A stretch of DNA of 63,605 nt, filler included, from Basidioascus undulatus (taxonomy: Eukaryota), in NCBI GenBank assembly GCA_000826855.1. It is 4 parts of 4 records of this genome, joined end to end, with 100 filler letters (N's around TTAATTAATTAA, not from the genome) between each part and the next. Parts side by side here need not be neighbours in the genome. Positions count along the whole stretch, not along the records: positions 1 to 31,777 come from JTLS01000100.1; positions 31,878 to 43,386 come from JTLS01000999.1; 2 more parts are not named here. One strand, given 5' to 3'. Of this stretch, positions 26,999 through 39,133 are shown one piece after another. The position numbers were made by a program, and so were the translations under genes. Each line of letters begins with the position of its first letter. Position 1 is the stretch's first letter. The notes under the pieces are model-generated. The model saw nothing but the letters and a program-made list of their open reading frames with translations, searched no databases and was not told the origin of the DNA.

Positions 26999-27635
26999 GG
27001 TCGCTCTAAGAATGCAGTTGAGATAAAGGGAGAGCGTGAATGTAAAGAAAGGCGAGGAGAGAAGAGGCAAGGAAGGCCGGCAAGCAAGCAAGTGAGAAGG
27101 TCCAGGTCCCGGCCGCAAATCTTGATGATGTAAGCCGAACACCAGACGGCTGACAGGCTGTTATCACAAAAGGCACTCGATGAGTCTGGTCTGGTCGTTG
27201 GTATTCCAGGCTTTCGAAAAAATGGAATAATATCCAACATAAAACAATAGGGAGTTAACAATGAAGGCATTGTGCCTGTTGAGCGGACGTGGAGCGGGTA
27301 GCAAATCGATCGCTCTACGGAATCAAGTTCGGAGAGCGGGGATCACCTGAACTCATCTGCATAGAGGGATGTGAAACGACAAATTGATCAGTGGCGCCAG
27401 AATCGCTGGCACATTGTCATCAGCCGACGAGTTAGCGTTTGTCATTTACAATTGCAGAGTGCTTCCGTCAAAGAGACCTTGAGTGACATTGAACCTGACG
27501 AATCTTGGTACGAGATTTCCAAGAGGACGAAGAATGATTGCATGGGGTTTTCGGGACCAGCCGGCAGCTACAGGAAGAGGATGTTGTAGCGATATCCTTA
27601 TCTCCTCAGGAAGCGTGCGCGAAGGTGGCTGTCGC

Positions 27636-28400
27636 CTAGAAGCGCGCAGCGATGAAGTCCGCGGCCGTGTTGGCGTCGTTGCCGTACGTGAGGAGTGCAG
27701 AAACGTCTGCACCACTGAGAGAAGCAATCGCTAGGTAGGTGAGCGAAGTCAACAGTATAAAGGGGCAGGCACGTACTTCAGGCACACCAGGTCCCCTTGA
27801 TGGCAGATAGACAGCACATCGCTGCTGTTGTTGATAGGCCAGCCCTGCTGGGAGTTTTTCTGTTTCCGAGAGAATTGAGTAGAGCTCACTGATAGACATG
27901 CATGAGACACGCACGTAAGGGTCGCCAAAAACAGCAACAGCGATCACTTTGTCCTTGACGTTATGCTCGAGTTGCCCGTCTATGGAGGAAGGAAGCACTG
28001 ATCAACACACACAGATATCACCCCAAATATGCAGGACAATTTGAACGTACTGTGTACAATCATGGCACCCTCGCTGTATCCCGAAATGGCGAATTTCTGG
28101 TCCGGGCACGCCTGAACCTGAGCGGCGATGTGCTTCTGAAGATCACGCGTCCCCTCCTGAGGCGAAATCGCATAGTTGGTGTCGGGCGGGTAGTCCAGGC
28201 CGTACGAGGTAATACTGGTTGAGGAGAGGACGATCAGCTCGTCTCGGAAGGGTACAAGGGAGCGAGCGCCCTACCCAGAGATCCGGCTAGCTGACCGGGC
28301 AGCCCTGAAATCTGAGTAACCCGCTTATGGCTGAATTGAAGTGAGCTGAACTGGGGCTCCCCTGGCTACTGCAGCAATTAAGCCCAGCTGATGCCTGCTC
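27636..28400 (-). pseudogene. Cutinase (CE5)-like gene, degenerate: catalytic His replaced and N-terminus not recoverable
   Basis: GLDYP..QACPDQKFAISGYSEGAMIVH, VIAVAVFGDP, SICHQGDLVC, then SALLTYGND where AHLTY is expected. The upstream signal-like LGLIAAVARGAPV is followed by TAA and no ARGT motif was seen. The 5' boundary is approximate. Confidence 0.75.
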
Positions 28401-30384
28401 CGCGTCGCAGCACTGCGAGGGCGCTGCACAGAGCCGACACTGTCAGACTCGGAGAGGGCGGGGCACCTGAAACTCTCCTGTATCCTTCAAGAGCTCTCAC
28501 TGAGCTTTTGGGGTGTCTGTATTGGCGGTACTCGAGGAGAACGACCCACCGAGCTTCATGGACTGGGATTAGTGATATGCTGTCAAAGCTCTGTTGGAAA
28601 CTCTTTAGGCACCGGCACTGTGTGTTCCAATTCTTCCCTCCCCCTCCGTACCCCGACCCAAGACAAACTGTACCTCCAGTACCTTTCCGTCTGAGCAGCT
28701 GACTGTTCGTCGTCTATACAGCCACAGTGGCAGTATGCACAGCAAACCTCCGCGAATCTGACAGCCCCCGCAGCCGCGACAGAGGAAATAATTACTCGTA
28801 CCACACCGGCAGATTTGACCTACGCGCTCACTAAATAAAGTAGTAACCCTCCCTGCACCGCATGTTCGCCTCCTCTCTCCTCGACATCTACTCTAGCCCT
28901 CTAACCAGCTCCCCCCCAACCTGCAGAATATCCAGCACCTCCATTTCCCTGCTCTTTCCCCTCTACATCAGCCTCTTCTTTCCTCTCCCCAACTCGAACG
29001 AAGAAGACGCACTTTCGGAATTGCACTCCAAATGCGCCCTCGCGCTTCCAGAAGCGCCGCCACCGGACGAGTGCGTCGTGGTAGGCCTTGTGCGTGAGCG
29101 AGTGTTGGTGCGGGGATGGGGAGGGGGAGACGGAGGGGAGGAAAAGGAGGGTGGGGGACGCTGTGGGAAGCAGAGAAGGTGAAGTGAGTGGGGATTTGGG
29201 TGGGAGCAGTTAAGGGAAGACAGGAGGGGTAGTACGTTGATGGGAGGGGTCGCAGGCGGTGGGTGGAGCGTGATTTCAAGAGCTGGGCGTTTCCGAGAGG
29301 CCATACCCTGGCAGGCGTGGTTTGGAAGTGTCAGCACTCAACCTAGCAGGGTTACCGTTGCACGAACGACTCACCGTAACCCCAGCAATCTCACCCCCGC
29401 CCACCGTCCACTCCTTCCCTCTACAGCCCCACCGCATCCCCGCCCCCGCCTCACAGTAAAGCACCCACACCCGCTCAGGCATAGAGTGGTAGGTCTCTGT
29501 ACCGTTGCTCCAGTTCCCGAGCGGGAGGGGCGGGGGGTCGATCGGGGGCAGGATGAACGTCTTCTTGGCCGCAGGGTGGTGGGCGAAGCACGAGTACTAG
29601 AAGGGCGGGGTTGCGGTGGTTGGGAGAGCGGGCGCATACTTTGTTGGGTAGGATGATAGTATGATGGAGTATAAGAGGAGAAGAGGGGGAGAAGAACGAT
29701 GTTTCCCGGCAGGACGGGCTGTGTGAGCGACGTTCTGAAAGCGGGCTGCCCGCAGCGGCCAGTGAAAGCGAAAGTGTGGACTGTCAGCTCCATAACCGGC
29801 TGCTCGGTTTCATCTTCCTCGATGCCCTGCACCACCTCCAGGTTCTCAGAGACTACTTCAGTCAATTTCAATGCTGGACGGCGTACAGATCGACCTTACA
29901 AGGCAAGACGTTTTTACTGCAAGCAGCGCCGGATAAAGTCAACCAACTACAATACAGTACTGGACGCGCAGCTCTCCCCGCTCCGCGCTTGTTCTCTTGC
30001 CCTCATCCACTCACCCATCCTCGCTGCATCTCCGCGGGCGCGACATATAAAGTCGATCATCTGCCAAGGTGGGTGTTGGACCATCTTGTACTCGCCTTGT
30101 GAGTGCGTGTTGCATCTCTCAGCTGGAGAGCCAGGGCGCGAGATGGGAATGGGTTACGCGTCGGGCTCAAGCTCTGTACGCGCTCTTGGGGCGTTTGCTG
30201 CTCCTCCTGGGGAGGTAATGAGTTGGAGAAGGACGTTTGGTCGATATACTCCAGCGTGCGATCGGTTGGCGCGCTGGGGACTACTAAAAACTGTGCATAC
30301 AACCGCAGCGTCTTCCGTCGATGCGCCCGCCCACATGCTGACTGTGGTGCGATCTCGCCATTTAACAGGTCGCGCCTGGCAGAG

Positions 30385-31777
30385 GATGTCCTACTGGTCC
30401 TACAACTACAACCCTGCGGACCCATTCTTACAGGGATGCCCTATCACACCCAGCCGAAGTATCCTCCCCCCGCGCCGCCGTACGCGTACGGCCCTCCTCC
30501 GCCCAATTCCGCTCCCGCCCGCCGCCGTACGGCCACCACCAGCCCTCCACAGCAGCACTACGCGTACCCCGCAAGACGCTGCTTGTGCGTAAGCGGCGTA
30601 CAAAGATGCGCATAGCGGTGGCGGAAGCGGCGGCGGCCAGATGCCTCCTCCGCCCGCCGCTGCCACCTAGCCGTCCCCTCCCCGCTCGCGCCCAAGCTCT
30701 ACAAAGTACCCGCTGTGGAGAACCCCGCGGCCGGGCTCGCCAAGCGGGGTACACGCTGCTGGTGACACGCTGCTGGTGAAGGACCTCCCGGGTGGGACGA
30801 CCGCGTCCGACCTACGCGCCGCGTGGTGCGAGCCCGTCAAGGCCCTGCACGGCTTCGCGTCCCGCTCGGCGTTCGTCACCTTCTCCGCGCCTGCGCCGCT
30901 CTCACGCGCGATGCAGGCGGGCCCGGAGGTCCCGCCCGCGCGGGGCGGGATCTGGCGCGCACGCGCGCGTGGCTCACGCTCTTGCGGGCGGCGCCGCAGG
31001 ACGCGGGTGGAACAGTGGTGGAGCCCGGAGGGCGAGCGGGAGAGGGAGAAGGAGAGGAATAGGGGAAGCGGGAGCTCGGACATAGCGTCGTCGCCTACCG
31101 TGCCAGCTGCCCCACGCCCGCCGGCGCGGTCGCCCGTCGTGCGCGACTTTACGGTCCTCCTCACGTCCCTACCTGAGGGGACGACCATCGACGATGTCCT
31201 GCGCGCATAAGCGTTCTTCGGGCCCATGTGCGTCCTTTTCTCCCCACCCATCTCCCTCCCTCCCTCCTTTAAATAATCAGGTTCCCATCCCTCCAGCACC
31301 GCCGTCCACCTCTACTCCTCCTCCGCCGCCCTCATAACCTACAAGCTCCCCGCCGCCGTCGAACGCGCGCTCAAGGCATCCGGGCGCGTCCCGCCTCGAC
31401 TGGGTGGGATCTGGGCGACGGTGAAGAGCAAAGTGCAGCGGCGGGCAGCGAAGGCGGGGGACGAGAAGGACCTCGGCGCGCTCGTGGGCTCCCGGACTGC
31501 CGATCCTGCGTTGGGCGAACTCGAAGTCCCCGCGCAGGAGCAGGCGCCGGAGCGAGCGGAAGCGGGAGCGGGAGAGGAGGGAGCACGAGCGCGCGCTGGG
31601 CGAGCTAAGGGGGAGGTTTGAGAGTAAGATGGAGAGAGCGCGGAGGATGAGTCTGTTTGAGGAGGAGGAGGAGGAGGTTGCGGTTAAGAGGGAGCTGGTG
31701 GAGGATGACGTGGGGCTTGGGGTGGGGCAGGGTGGAAATTTGAAAGCAGCGGCTTGGCCTGGAGGGTTCTTAGACAT
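30385..31777 (+). pseudogene. Protein with two RRM-like domains, disrupted; truncated at contig end
   Basis: RNP2-like YTLLVKDLPGGTT (after removing a 14-bp duplication) with SAFVTF; second domain FTVLLTSLPEGTTIDDV..AALITYK. Both end in (V)PP..GGIW. In-frame TAA at 31208-31210. The start is uncertain. Confidence 0.6.
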
Positions 31778-31877
31778 NNNNNNNNNNNNNNNNNNNNNNN
31801 NNNNNNNNNNNNNNNNNNNNNTTAATTAATTAANNNNNNNNNNNNNNNNNNNNNNNNNNNNNNNNNNNNNNNNNNNN
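31778..31877. other. Artificial contig spacer N44-TTAATTAATTAA-N44
   Basis: 100-nt linker with stops in all six frames; identical linkers at 43387 and 54984. Confidence 0.98.
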
Positions 31878-32650
31878 GCTCCGCGTTCACTAGCGTGCCT
31901 CCCTCTGCCTCCGCCTCTGCCTCCGCCCCCTCATCGACCTCTCTCCCTGCCCGTCCGACCGCTATCCCGGCCTCAACCGCTGCGCACCTGACCAACTCGG
32001 CCGGGTCGCTCGCGCTCCTCTCGCCCTCCCCGCCGGGCGCGTCAGACGCGCAGCTCCTCAGCCAGAAGCGCGACGCACAGGCGATCGCGGGCGAGATCGA
32101 CGCGCTCCAGCAGAGCATCAACGCGCTCGTGGGCAGCATGCGCCTCAGCCCGGAGATAATCGCGCAGCTCACACAGGGCTCCTCATCATCATCCTCCGCC
32201 GCGGACGCATTCGGCGCCGCCTGCGGGGGTGCAACATCCACCGCTCTCGCGCAGCCGTACGGCGCGTCCGCGTCGGACCTCTCGCCCGACTTCGACGTCG
32301 ACGGGTTCCTCCAGCAGTGGAAGGACGGCTCGTACCCGGGCAACATGGCGGGCGGGGATCTCTCGAGCGCGGATGACTTCCTCGACCCGACGGGCGGCGG
32401 AGGCGGCTACCTCGAGCCGCACGAGAGCCCGCTCCTCGCGCCCACGAACGCGTCCGCGTCCCTCGGCGAGGTCCCCGCCGACGCCGCGGCTGCCCTCCCG
32501 CATAAGCGCAAGTCGGACGCCGCGGGCCTCGAGCAGGCTATCGCACCTGTACCCGCACCCCCTTCGCCCGCCGTCAGCACCGCGAGTGACGGTCGCCGCC
32601 GCTCGTCCCGGACAACAGCTGCGAACCGCAAGAAGGCCGCTGTCGGCTAG
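31878..32650 (+). CDS. 3' fragment of a low-complexity protein, possibly the heat shock factor C-terminus
   Basis: Open, GC3-rich frame from the contig edge to TAG. Heptad AIAGEIDALQQSINALVGSM followed by DFDVDGFL and a basic tail resembles fungal Hsf1 C-terminal regions. No DNA-binding domain is in view. Confidence 0.4.
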
Positions 32651-33190
32651 ACGAAGCGGCCGCGCCTGCGTCCGTCATCTCCCTCCCTAATCCCTCCGCA
32701 TCTACTACCCATTCCTCGCCGCATCCCCCGTTCATCCCGTTATACTTCTCTTCTCTACCCTCCGTTCTTGTGTTGCGTTGAGTAGTTAGGTCTCGCGTTT
32801 CGTCCGTTCTTGTTGGCATCTGATCGTTTAGTTCGCCGGTTGTGGGCACTTTGGGTTACTGGGCATGTTTCGCAGGACTCTTCTCCGCTCCTCCCTCCAC
32901 CCTTCCATGCTTTTAGTTCGCTACATCGCATCTATATCCGCAATCATCTTCACGCCCCGCTTCGTCCGCGTCCGCGCTCGCGCTCTTGTACAACAGCCTG
33001 CTGCATGATCGTTCGTATAACCGTGAAGAGCGCAGACTTAGCGGGCTCGAACACCGCCAAGGGAGTGCAGTTTCATTCCAGGGAGTGAATCTATCGCAAT
33101 GCGATGAAAAATACGGGAAACGCGGGGTATACAGCATAGGAACGACACTCAATGAACCCAAAAGAAAAACAGCAGCGACGATACGAGAGC

Positions 33191-34609
33191 TCATGCTGAC
33201 CCGTCGGCATGCCCTGAAAGAAGGAACTGGGCGATACTGTGACGTAAAACAGGGGTGTCTTCGAGTTAGAAGCTGCGGATGCGAGACGATGCAGTGCTGA
33301 AAGCACTGAAAGCAAGCCAGACGCACAGCGGGTTGATCGATGCCGCTCCCGAAGTGGTGAACGGCACCCAATGAGCCCCTCCTTCGATCTCGATGAGCTC
33401 CGCCGGGGAGTTGAAGAGGCAGGCCAAGTGCTCCTGTGTTCTCTGGAGCAGTCAGAATAATGTTTCATTGGAGAAGACGAGAATAGAGAAACGGACTTTC
33501 GCAGAAGCTAGCGGCTGGCTGACATCCTCGGCTGCAGTCACATTTGCATTCAGTTTTCATTCGAGCAGAGGGAGGACAGAGTTATAGCAATTACTTCCTC
33601 GTATGATCAGCATCGGTGTCCGCACAGTGGCCAGATCCGACACGCTAACCGGCGCGTCCTCCGTGACGCTCTGACGGAAGAAGCTCCGCCGGGCCTCCAT
33701 CCCGCCGTCGGCGTCCTGGTAGAGCTGCACATCGCACAAGTCGACGAGGAGGCTAAGTATCTGGTCTGAGTGGTTGTCGCCCAGGAAGGCGTATGACATG
33801 GCGGTACTGATACGCGAGGTGGGGACGTGCTGCGTCGATTCGCGAAGTGGGGAGAGGGCGCCGTCTTCGTCGTCGTCGGGCGAGAAGAGGTAGACGAGCA
33901 GGTCGTGGAACTCGACGCGGATGTAATCGTCCTGAAAATAATTTAAATAGGAAGTAATTGTCAGGAGGGTCTTATCGGAAGAATGATGGTTGGACTTGCC
34001 TTGCGTAGCGCGATAGGGCTCATGAGGACAGCGGATTGGAACCGCTCTGAGTACTGCACGAGGATGTATCTGCTCGCCAAAGAGTCTGTTAGCTTACTCG
34101 AATGAGTAATTTGGAAGAACTACAGAGCTCACTTGATTATGAGGGAGCCTATCCCGTGCCCGAGCAAGTGGACGGGTACGTTGGGCGGGACTATAGCGGA
34201 CACGGCGTTGTAGAGGGTGGTTGCCAAGTTGGGGACCTGGTGAAGAGTTTTCGGGGGTGGCAGATGGGATGAGGCACCAAATCCAGGAAGGTCGAAGGCG
34301 AGCTGAAGAGGCCGGTGAATGTGTCAGTAAGGGAAGCATGCGCGTCTGTAATAACGATCAGGCTTACCAAAGTGAAGTGCGATGTGAGGACTTGGTCCTC
34401 GAACTGCTTTCGGAAGAGAGTAGAGTCACCGGGAGCGCCGCTGGATTGAAGCATAGCAATGAAGAGTCAGCGTATGCACGTCAAGAAAGGTTCAGATGGT
34501 CAACGGACTGTATGCAGAGCAGTATTGGCTTGATTTGGCTGCCAACATCGATAGGAGCAGTAGCGACGTATGAAAGGCGTTCGCCAGTAGGCAGTTTGAC
34601 GTAAGGCAT
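33191..34609 (-). CDS. Alpha/beta-hydrolase-fold protein with non-canonical nucleophile elbow, spliced
   Basis: MPYVKLPTGERLSY..KPILLCI; LFRKQFEDQVLTSHFTL; VHLLGHGIGSLI; LATVRTPMLIIRG; ELIEIEGGAHW; ends IAQFLLSGHADGSA*. Confidence 0.7.
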
Positions 34610-35587
34610 GATAAATGAGGGTACACCGCGCAGGATGAGATGGAAGGTGAAGAACGAGGTCGAGATGGAAGAGGGAAAGTGAAGGTCCGGAGGGGAGCTC
34701 CTTTAAGTCTGCAGGATATCTCACGGCAGAGATTCCGTACAAGAGGCACCAAAATATCGACGTGGATGGGGTTGCGCCCACTGCGTGCGATACGCAAGAT
34801 TGGCATGGACAGCGGGGTCCGTGCCAGTTTCTGGGGGCTGCGAACGCTGCGTCGTGACAGTTAGGAATGCTTTTGCGTACTGTCTACGATCCGGCTGTGT
34901 CCCGCCGCAACCTTCTGTGCGAGCTGGCCTCGCAAACAGAACAAAAAGGGCGTACCCCTGCCTATGCATCGCGGAACAAACGCCCTGGGCTGCTGCCCCG
35001 GTGGCGCGGTGCAACGCGCTGCGCTGTCTTGCTACTGTCTGCACGGTTCTGGCTCGCGCGAATACTTACTTGGCCTTGCTATAGAACTTGTGGATGCTGC
35101 ATTTTCTATCGAGGGATATTGACCGTGATTGCGCCATTGTGCACAAAGAAGGGGGCAGTTTCCGTTGTGGCAAGGCAAACCTACGATTGAACGTCTGCCG
35201 CTTCGAGCTGTACCTTGCACGCGCACATATCGCTCCCGGATTCCCTCGAATTCTGAACCTTCTCGTACCGCTGGATGATCTCCGGTTCGAATCAAATATT
35301 TTCCGAACACGTATTGTAATCCAGCTGCCTGCATCTGTTCTCGTTATTTTTGCTGTGGCCGAAGGATCAGCGAGAGCGCGATCGATCATCAAGAGCAACT
35401 TGCTTGCAACTATCCTGCGTCATTAAGTTGAGCCCCCGCATCTCCCCAAGTTCTCGCCTTCGGTTGGAGCCAACGGCGATTGTTGCCTTCTCGTCCTCGA
35501 GGTCGTTCTCAGCCTGTTGAACTCCAAAGACTGCTTGATCGGATCGAAGGAGCATGGATGATCGCCTTATAATAGCTTCTGCCAAGC

Positions 35588-38368
35588 TTGCCTTCTTCGC
35601 AACCTACTCCCACTTCCTCTTGCTTCCTCATCGCTTCACCACATTCTCATCCAACCCCTCGACTCCGCGCCGAGAAGAGCGCCCGCCAGGGAGCAAAAGC
35701 TTCTGAGAAGCGGCCACAAACGGAAGACGGGCTTTCAAACGCGACGCCTCGCTCTCCGACTTCCCAATCCTCGCGTTCCTCCGAGCGTACTGCGGTGGGA
35801 GGCACAGGCGAAGGGGATGGCGGGGAGAAGGGGAAGGATCCTTACCTGGTGGACTGGCAAGGCGATCGCTGGTATTAGAGTCGAGGGTTCCAGACTCATT
35901 TCAGACGTTGAGATATGGACCTGACGACCCGGAATGCCCGTTAAATTGGACCGTCGGGAAGAAGGTCTTCACAGCCTTCTATCTGTCTACTTAGTACGTT
36001 TGTTTTCACTCTTCTTTTCTGAAGGTTGTTGCTGACTATGGAGGACGAAATTGCCTGCAGAAACGAGGTGCGGTGTGAACCCTTGCTCGCTCTTCGTCTG
36101 TTGCGGTCTCACTCTTCATTGTACACACGCAGCGTTTAGGGCTCAGCAATATACTCTCCGAAATTGAACTGTAGGCTCTCGCTTCCTATTCTGCTTGATG
36201 GGAGCTCACCAATGTTAGTGGCAGAGTCATGATGCAGTTCAAGATCGGGCAAGTCCCAGCCCTCGGGCTCTCTCTCTTCGTTGCCGGGTACGGCATCGGT
36301 CCAATGTTTCTGTCACCTCTAACGTAAGATTTTAACCACATGGTTCCTTCATGCAGAGCTGATCCTCGTTTTACGCAGCAAAATACCTGCCGTCGGCCGC
36401 AGTGCCCCTTACCTTATCACCCTCGCGATCTTCGTCGTCCTGCAAGTGCCCACAGCCCTTTCGAAGTCTTTGGCTAGGGACCTCTGCACATTTTCACATA
36501 ATTTTGGGCTAACCGACTCCCCCGGTACTTTGCCCATTCTGCGTTTCCTCGCAGGATTCTTCGGTTCCCCGGCTTTGGCTACGGGCGGCGCGACCATTTC
36601 TGACATGTTCGAGCCTAAAACGCGAGGTCTGTCGGGTTTGTTATCTCAAGAAGTCGTCGTATGCTGATTCGTTTCTTTGGCATGTGCGATGGGAATCTGA
36701 GGTATGTCGTAACAACTGCCACCGATCTCGCAGTCCCCTGACGACCCCGTCGGCCATGCAGGGATCAGTGCCGTCGCTGGCCCCATACTTGGTAAGTTTC
36801 AACCCTGATAAAATATTCCTTCAAAATCTTACAAGCCTGTTGACAGGTCCCCTGATTGGCGGCTTCCCGATCGAGTCCAGGGGGTGGCCAGGGTGCGTGT
36901 TTATGACCTCCAACATTGGTCAGGTACCCGTACTGATCTGTTGTCTAGGCGTTCTGTATTCTGTACGGAATATGAATAGGGACCTGTCCGAAAGATAAAC
37001 TGAATTTCTCCTCACAGTCTCTGGCTCGACGGCATTACCCTCGTTTTGTTGTTCTTCCTCATCCTCGTTCGGCGGGCGCGTCGCCTCCGTAGGCTTACCG
37101 GTAACCAAGAGCTCAAGTGTGAGGGAGAGGTCGAACAAGCGGAAATTACGCCAAAGGACATCGCCATGATGACGCTGGCATGGCGCGTTCACCTCTAGGC
37201 GGAAGGTCTCTCCTCACAATATTTTCTCTTCAAGGTTCGCCCTTTCACGCTCACCTTCAGGGAGCCTATTGTATTATCACTGAACATGTACATCGCCTAT
37301 AAGTGTTTCAGTGTCCTACTGTCTTCTAAGAACCGTGCTGGTCGTATCTGCCTCACAGTGGTCTACGTAATTCTGTGCGCACATTATCCACCTTCACTGC
37401 TCATTCCATCTTCTCAGACTGAAGGTCTGACCGGAACTTCCATCGTTCATAGATACACATGGTTTGAAGCCTTCCCACTTGAATTCGGGCCTACGGGCAT
37501 ATACGGCTTTACTTCAGGTCTTAACGGTGTCGTTTGTGCGCTAAAACAAGATCTTTCCCTGTCGTACCGACGCAGCTGAACAGTGTCCGGTGCGCCGCAG
37601 ATATCGGTATTATGGTGGGATAGCTCATTGGATTGGTCTCGTTTGCCGTGTGGAGCAAGGTCCATATCGAGCCGAAATTCGACAAGTCTGGACGGCAAGA
37701 TCCCGCCCGAGAAACGACTGTAACCCCCCATGATCGGTTGCTTCGGGCTACCGATATGCCTCTTCTGGTTTGGCTGGACGAGCAGAATCTCCATGTGAGT
37801 TCCGAAGAGTCTGAGTAATACTTTGCGTTCTCATCCGCCTTTTGTTTCCAGTCACTGGATCGTACCAATCATCGTCAGCGCGCTCTTTGGCCTAGGCACC
37901 AACCTTCTGTTCCAGTCGATCCTCAACTATCTTCCGGATGGTGCGTCCCTAATGAAACACGTCTTACAACCAGTTTGTATAGCTGACATTTCCCACCGCA
38001 ATGCGGTAATCTCAGCGTACCCGCGCTACACAACCTCTTTGCTCGCGGGGAACGACCCTTTTCCGCTCTGTTTTTGGCGCAGGGTTCCCATTGTTTTCTG
38101 GAATCATGTTCAGGTGCGTAGCTACCCTTCCCAAATACCATGGGCAACGGGTGACACACGACCGACTTTCTGTCCAGGCATCTCGGCATCGGCTGGGCGT
38201 CATCTCTGCCTGGCTTCATCAGCGTTGCAATGATCCTCATCCCGTTCGTCTTGGTCAAACAAGTGTCAAAATTTTACCTTTCCCAGACTGTTCATCTCTG
38301 ACTGCCGACTACATATACCTGTCCAGTACGGCCACTGGCTGCGGGGCAAGTCCAAGATGGCCGACTGA
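35588..38368 (+). pseudogene. MFS drug:H+ antiporter (DHA1, MDR1/FLR1-like), disrupted
   Basis: [79 protein letters not shown]. Lesions: frameshift ~37690, TAA 37721-37723 (PEKRL*), frameshift ~38057-38062. Start not resolved. Confidence 0.85.
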
Positions 38369-38671
38369 GTAATACGACTTACTCGCATATCAAACACAGA
38401 CGAGTACAGAGACAATTTCGTTTATACCCCCACAAAATTAATAGATATTTTGTCAAGATTTTGATGATGCGTTAAGACCGGGAAAGGTCCCGCTGTGCTT
38501 CGGCTTGCATCGCCTTTCTGCCACTGGCACTGGAATGAACGTAACTCGACTGCACTAGAGCGTGCGAACCTCAGCGGCAGTGCTTGGGAGACCGGGAAAA
38601 GGGGAGAATTTAACGGAGAGATTGCGATCGTGACTACAAGCGGCTGTTCTGCTGTGGCAGTGGCGAACCGA

Positions 38672-38701
38672 GGCAGAATCGCGGTCGGCAGAATCGCGGT
38701 C
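38672..38701. repeat. Perfect 15-bp tandem duplication GGCAGAATCGCGGTC x2
   Basis: Read directly from the sequence; intergenic. Confidence 0.9.
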
Positions 38702-39133
38702 TCTGGGCCCTTGCTGATCTTCGGTTTTCAGGTAAGCTGGAAAGGCCCAATCTGGTGACCATTCAAGACCGCCGTGTTAAGGATTTAGTGGGACAATAAG
38801 CATGCAATGTTGGTGTAAATGTCAGTGAGACCACGGATGCCTGCCTCCAAACTCATTCAGCCTCGGCGCCTCACTCGCGACAATCTCAATAACGGCTGCC
38901 TCGAAGCGGTATTCTGATGCCATGGGACATAATCTAACGTAAATGGCCGAAGTTCGGTAGGTAGCCACCAGACACCAGCACTCACGAACAGCTGCTTCGT
39001 CGGGCTGCAGCCATCCGGGCCGGGCGTGCCGCCTGCATCGAACGAGCCGGCTTACCAGATTCAGCCAGCCGAATACAAGAGAGTCCATCTTGACTTCCCC
39101 TTATACAGACCCACACCCAGAGAAAGACTCTCG

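Noticed and set aside
27121..27200. Possible C/D box snoRNA (TGATGA..CTGA) upstream of ZPR1; similar C-box-like motifs at ~2264 and ~59812
   Set aside because: No terminal D box, terminal stem or convincing rRNA-complementary guide.
31822..31833. TTAATTAATTAA as a biological repeat or piggyBac target site
   Set aside because: It is centred in N runs and identical three times, so it is a synthetic linker.
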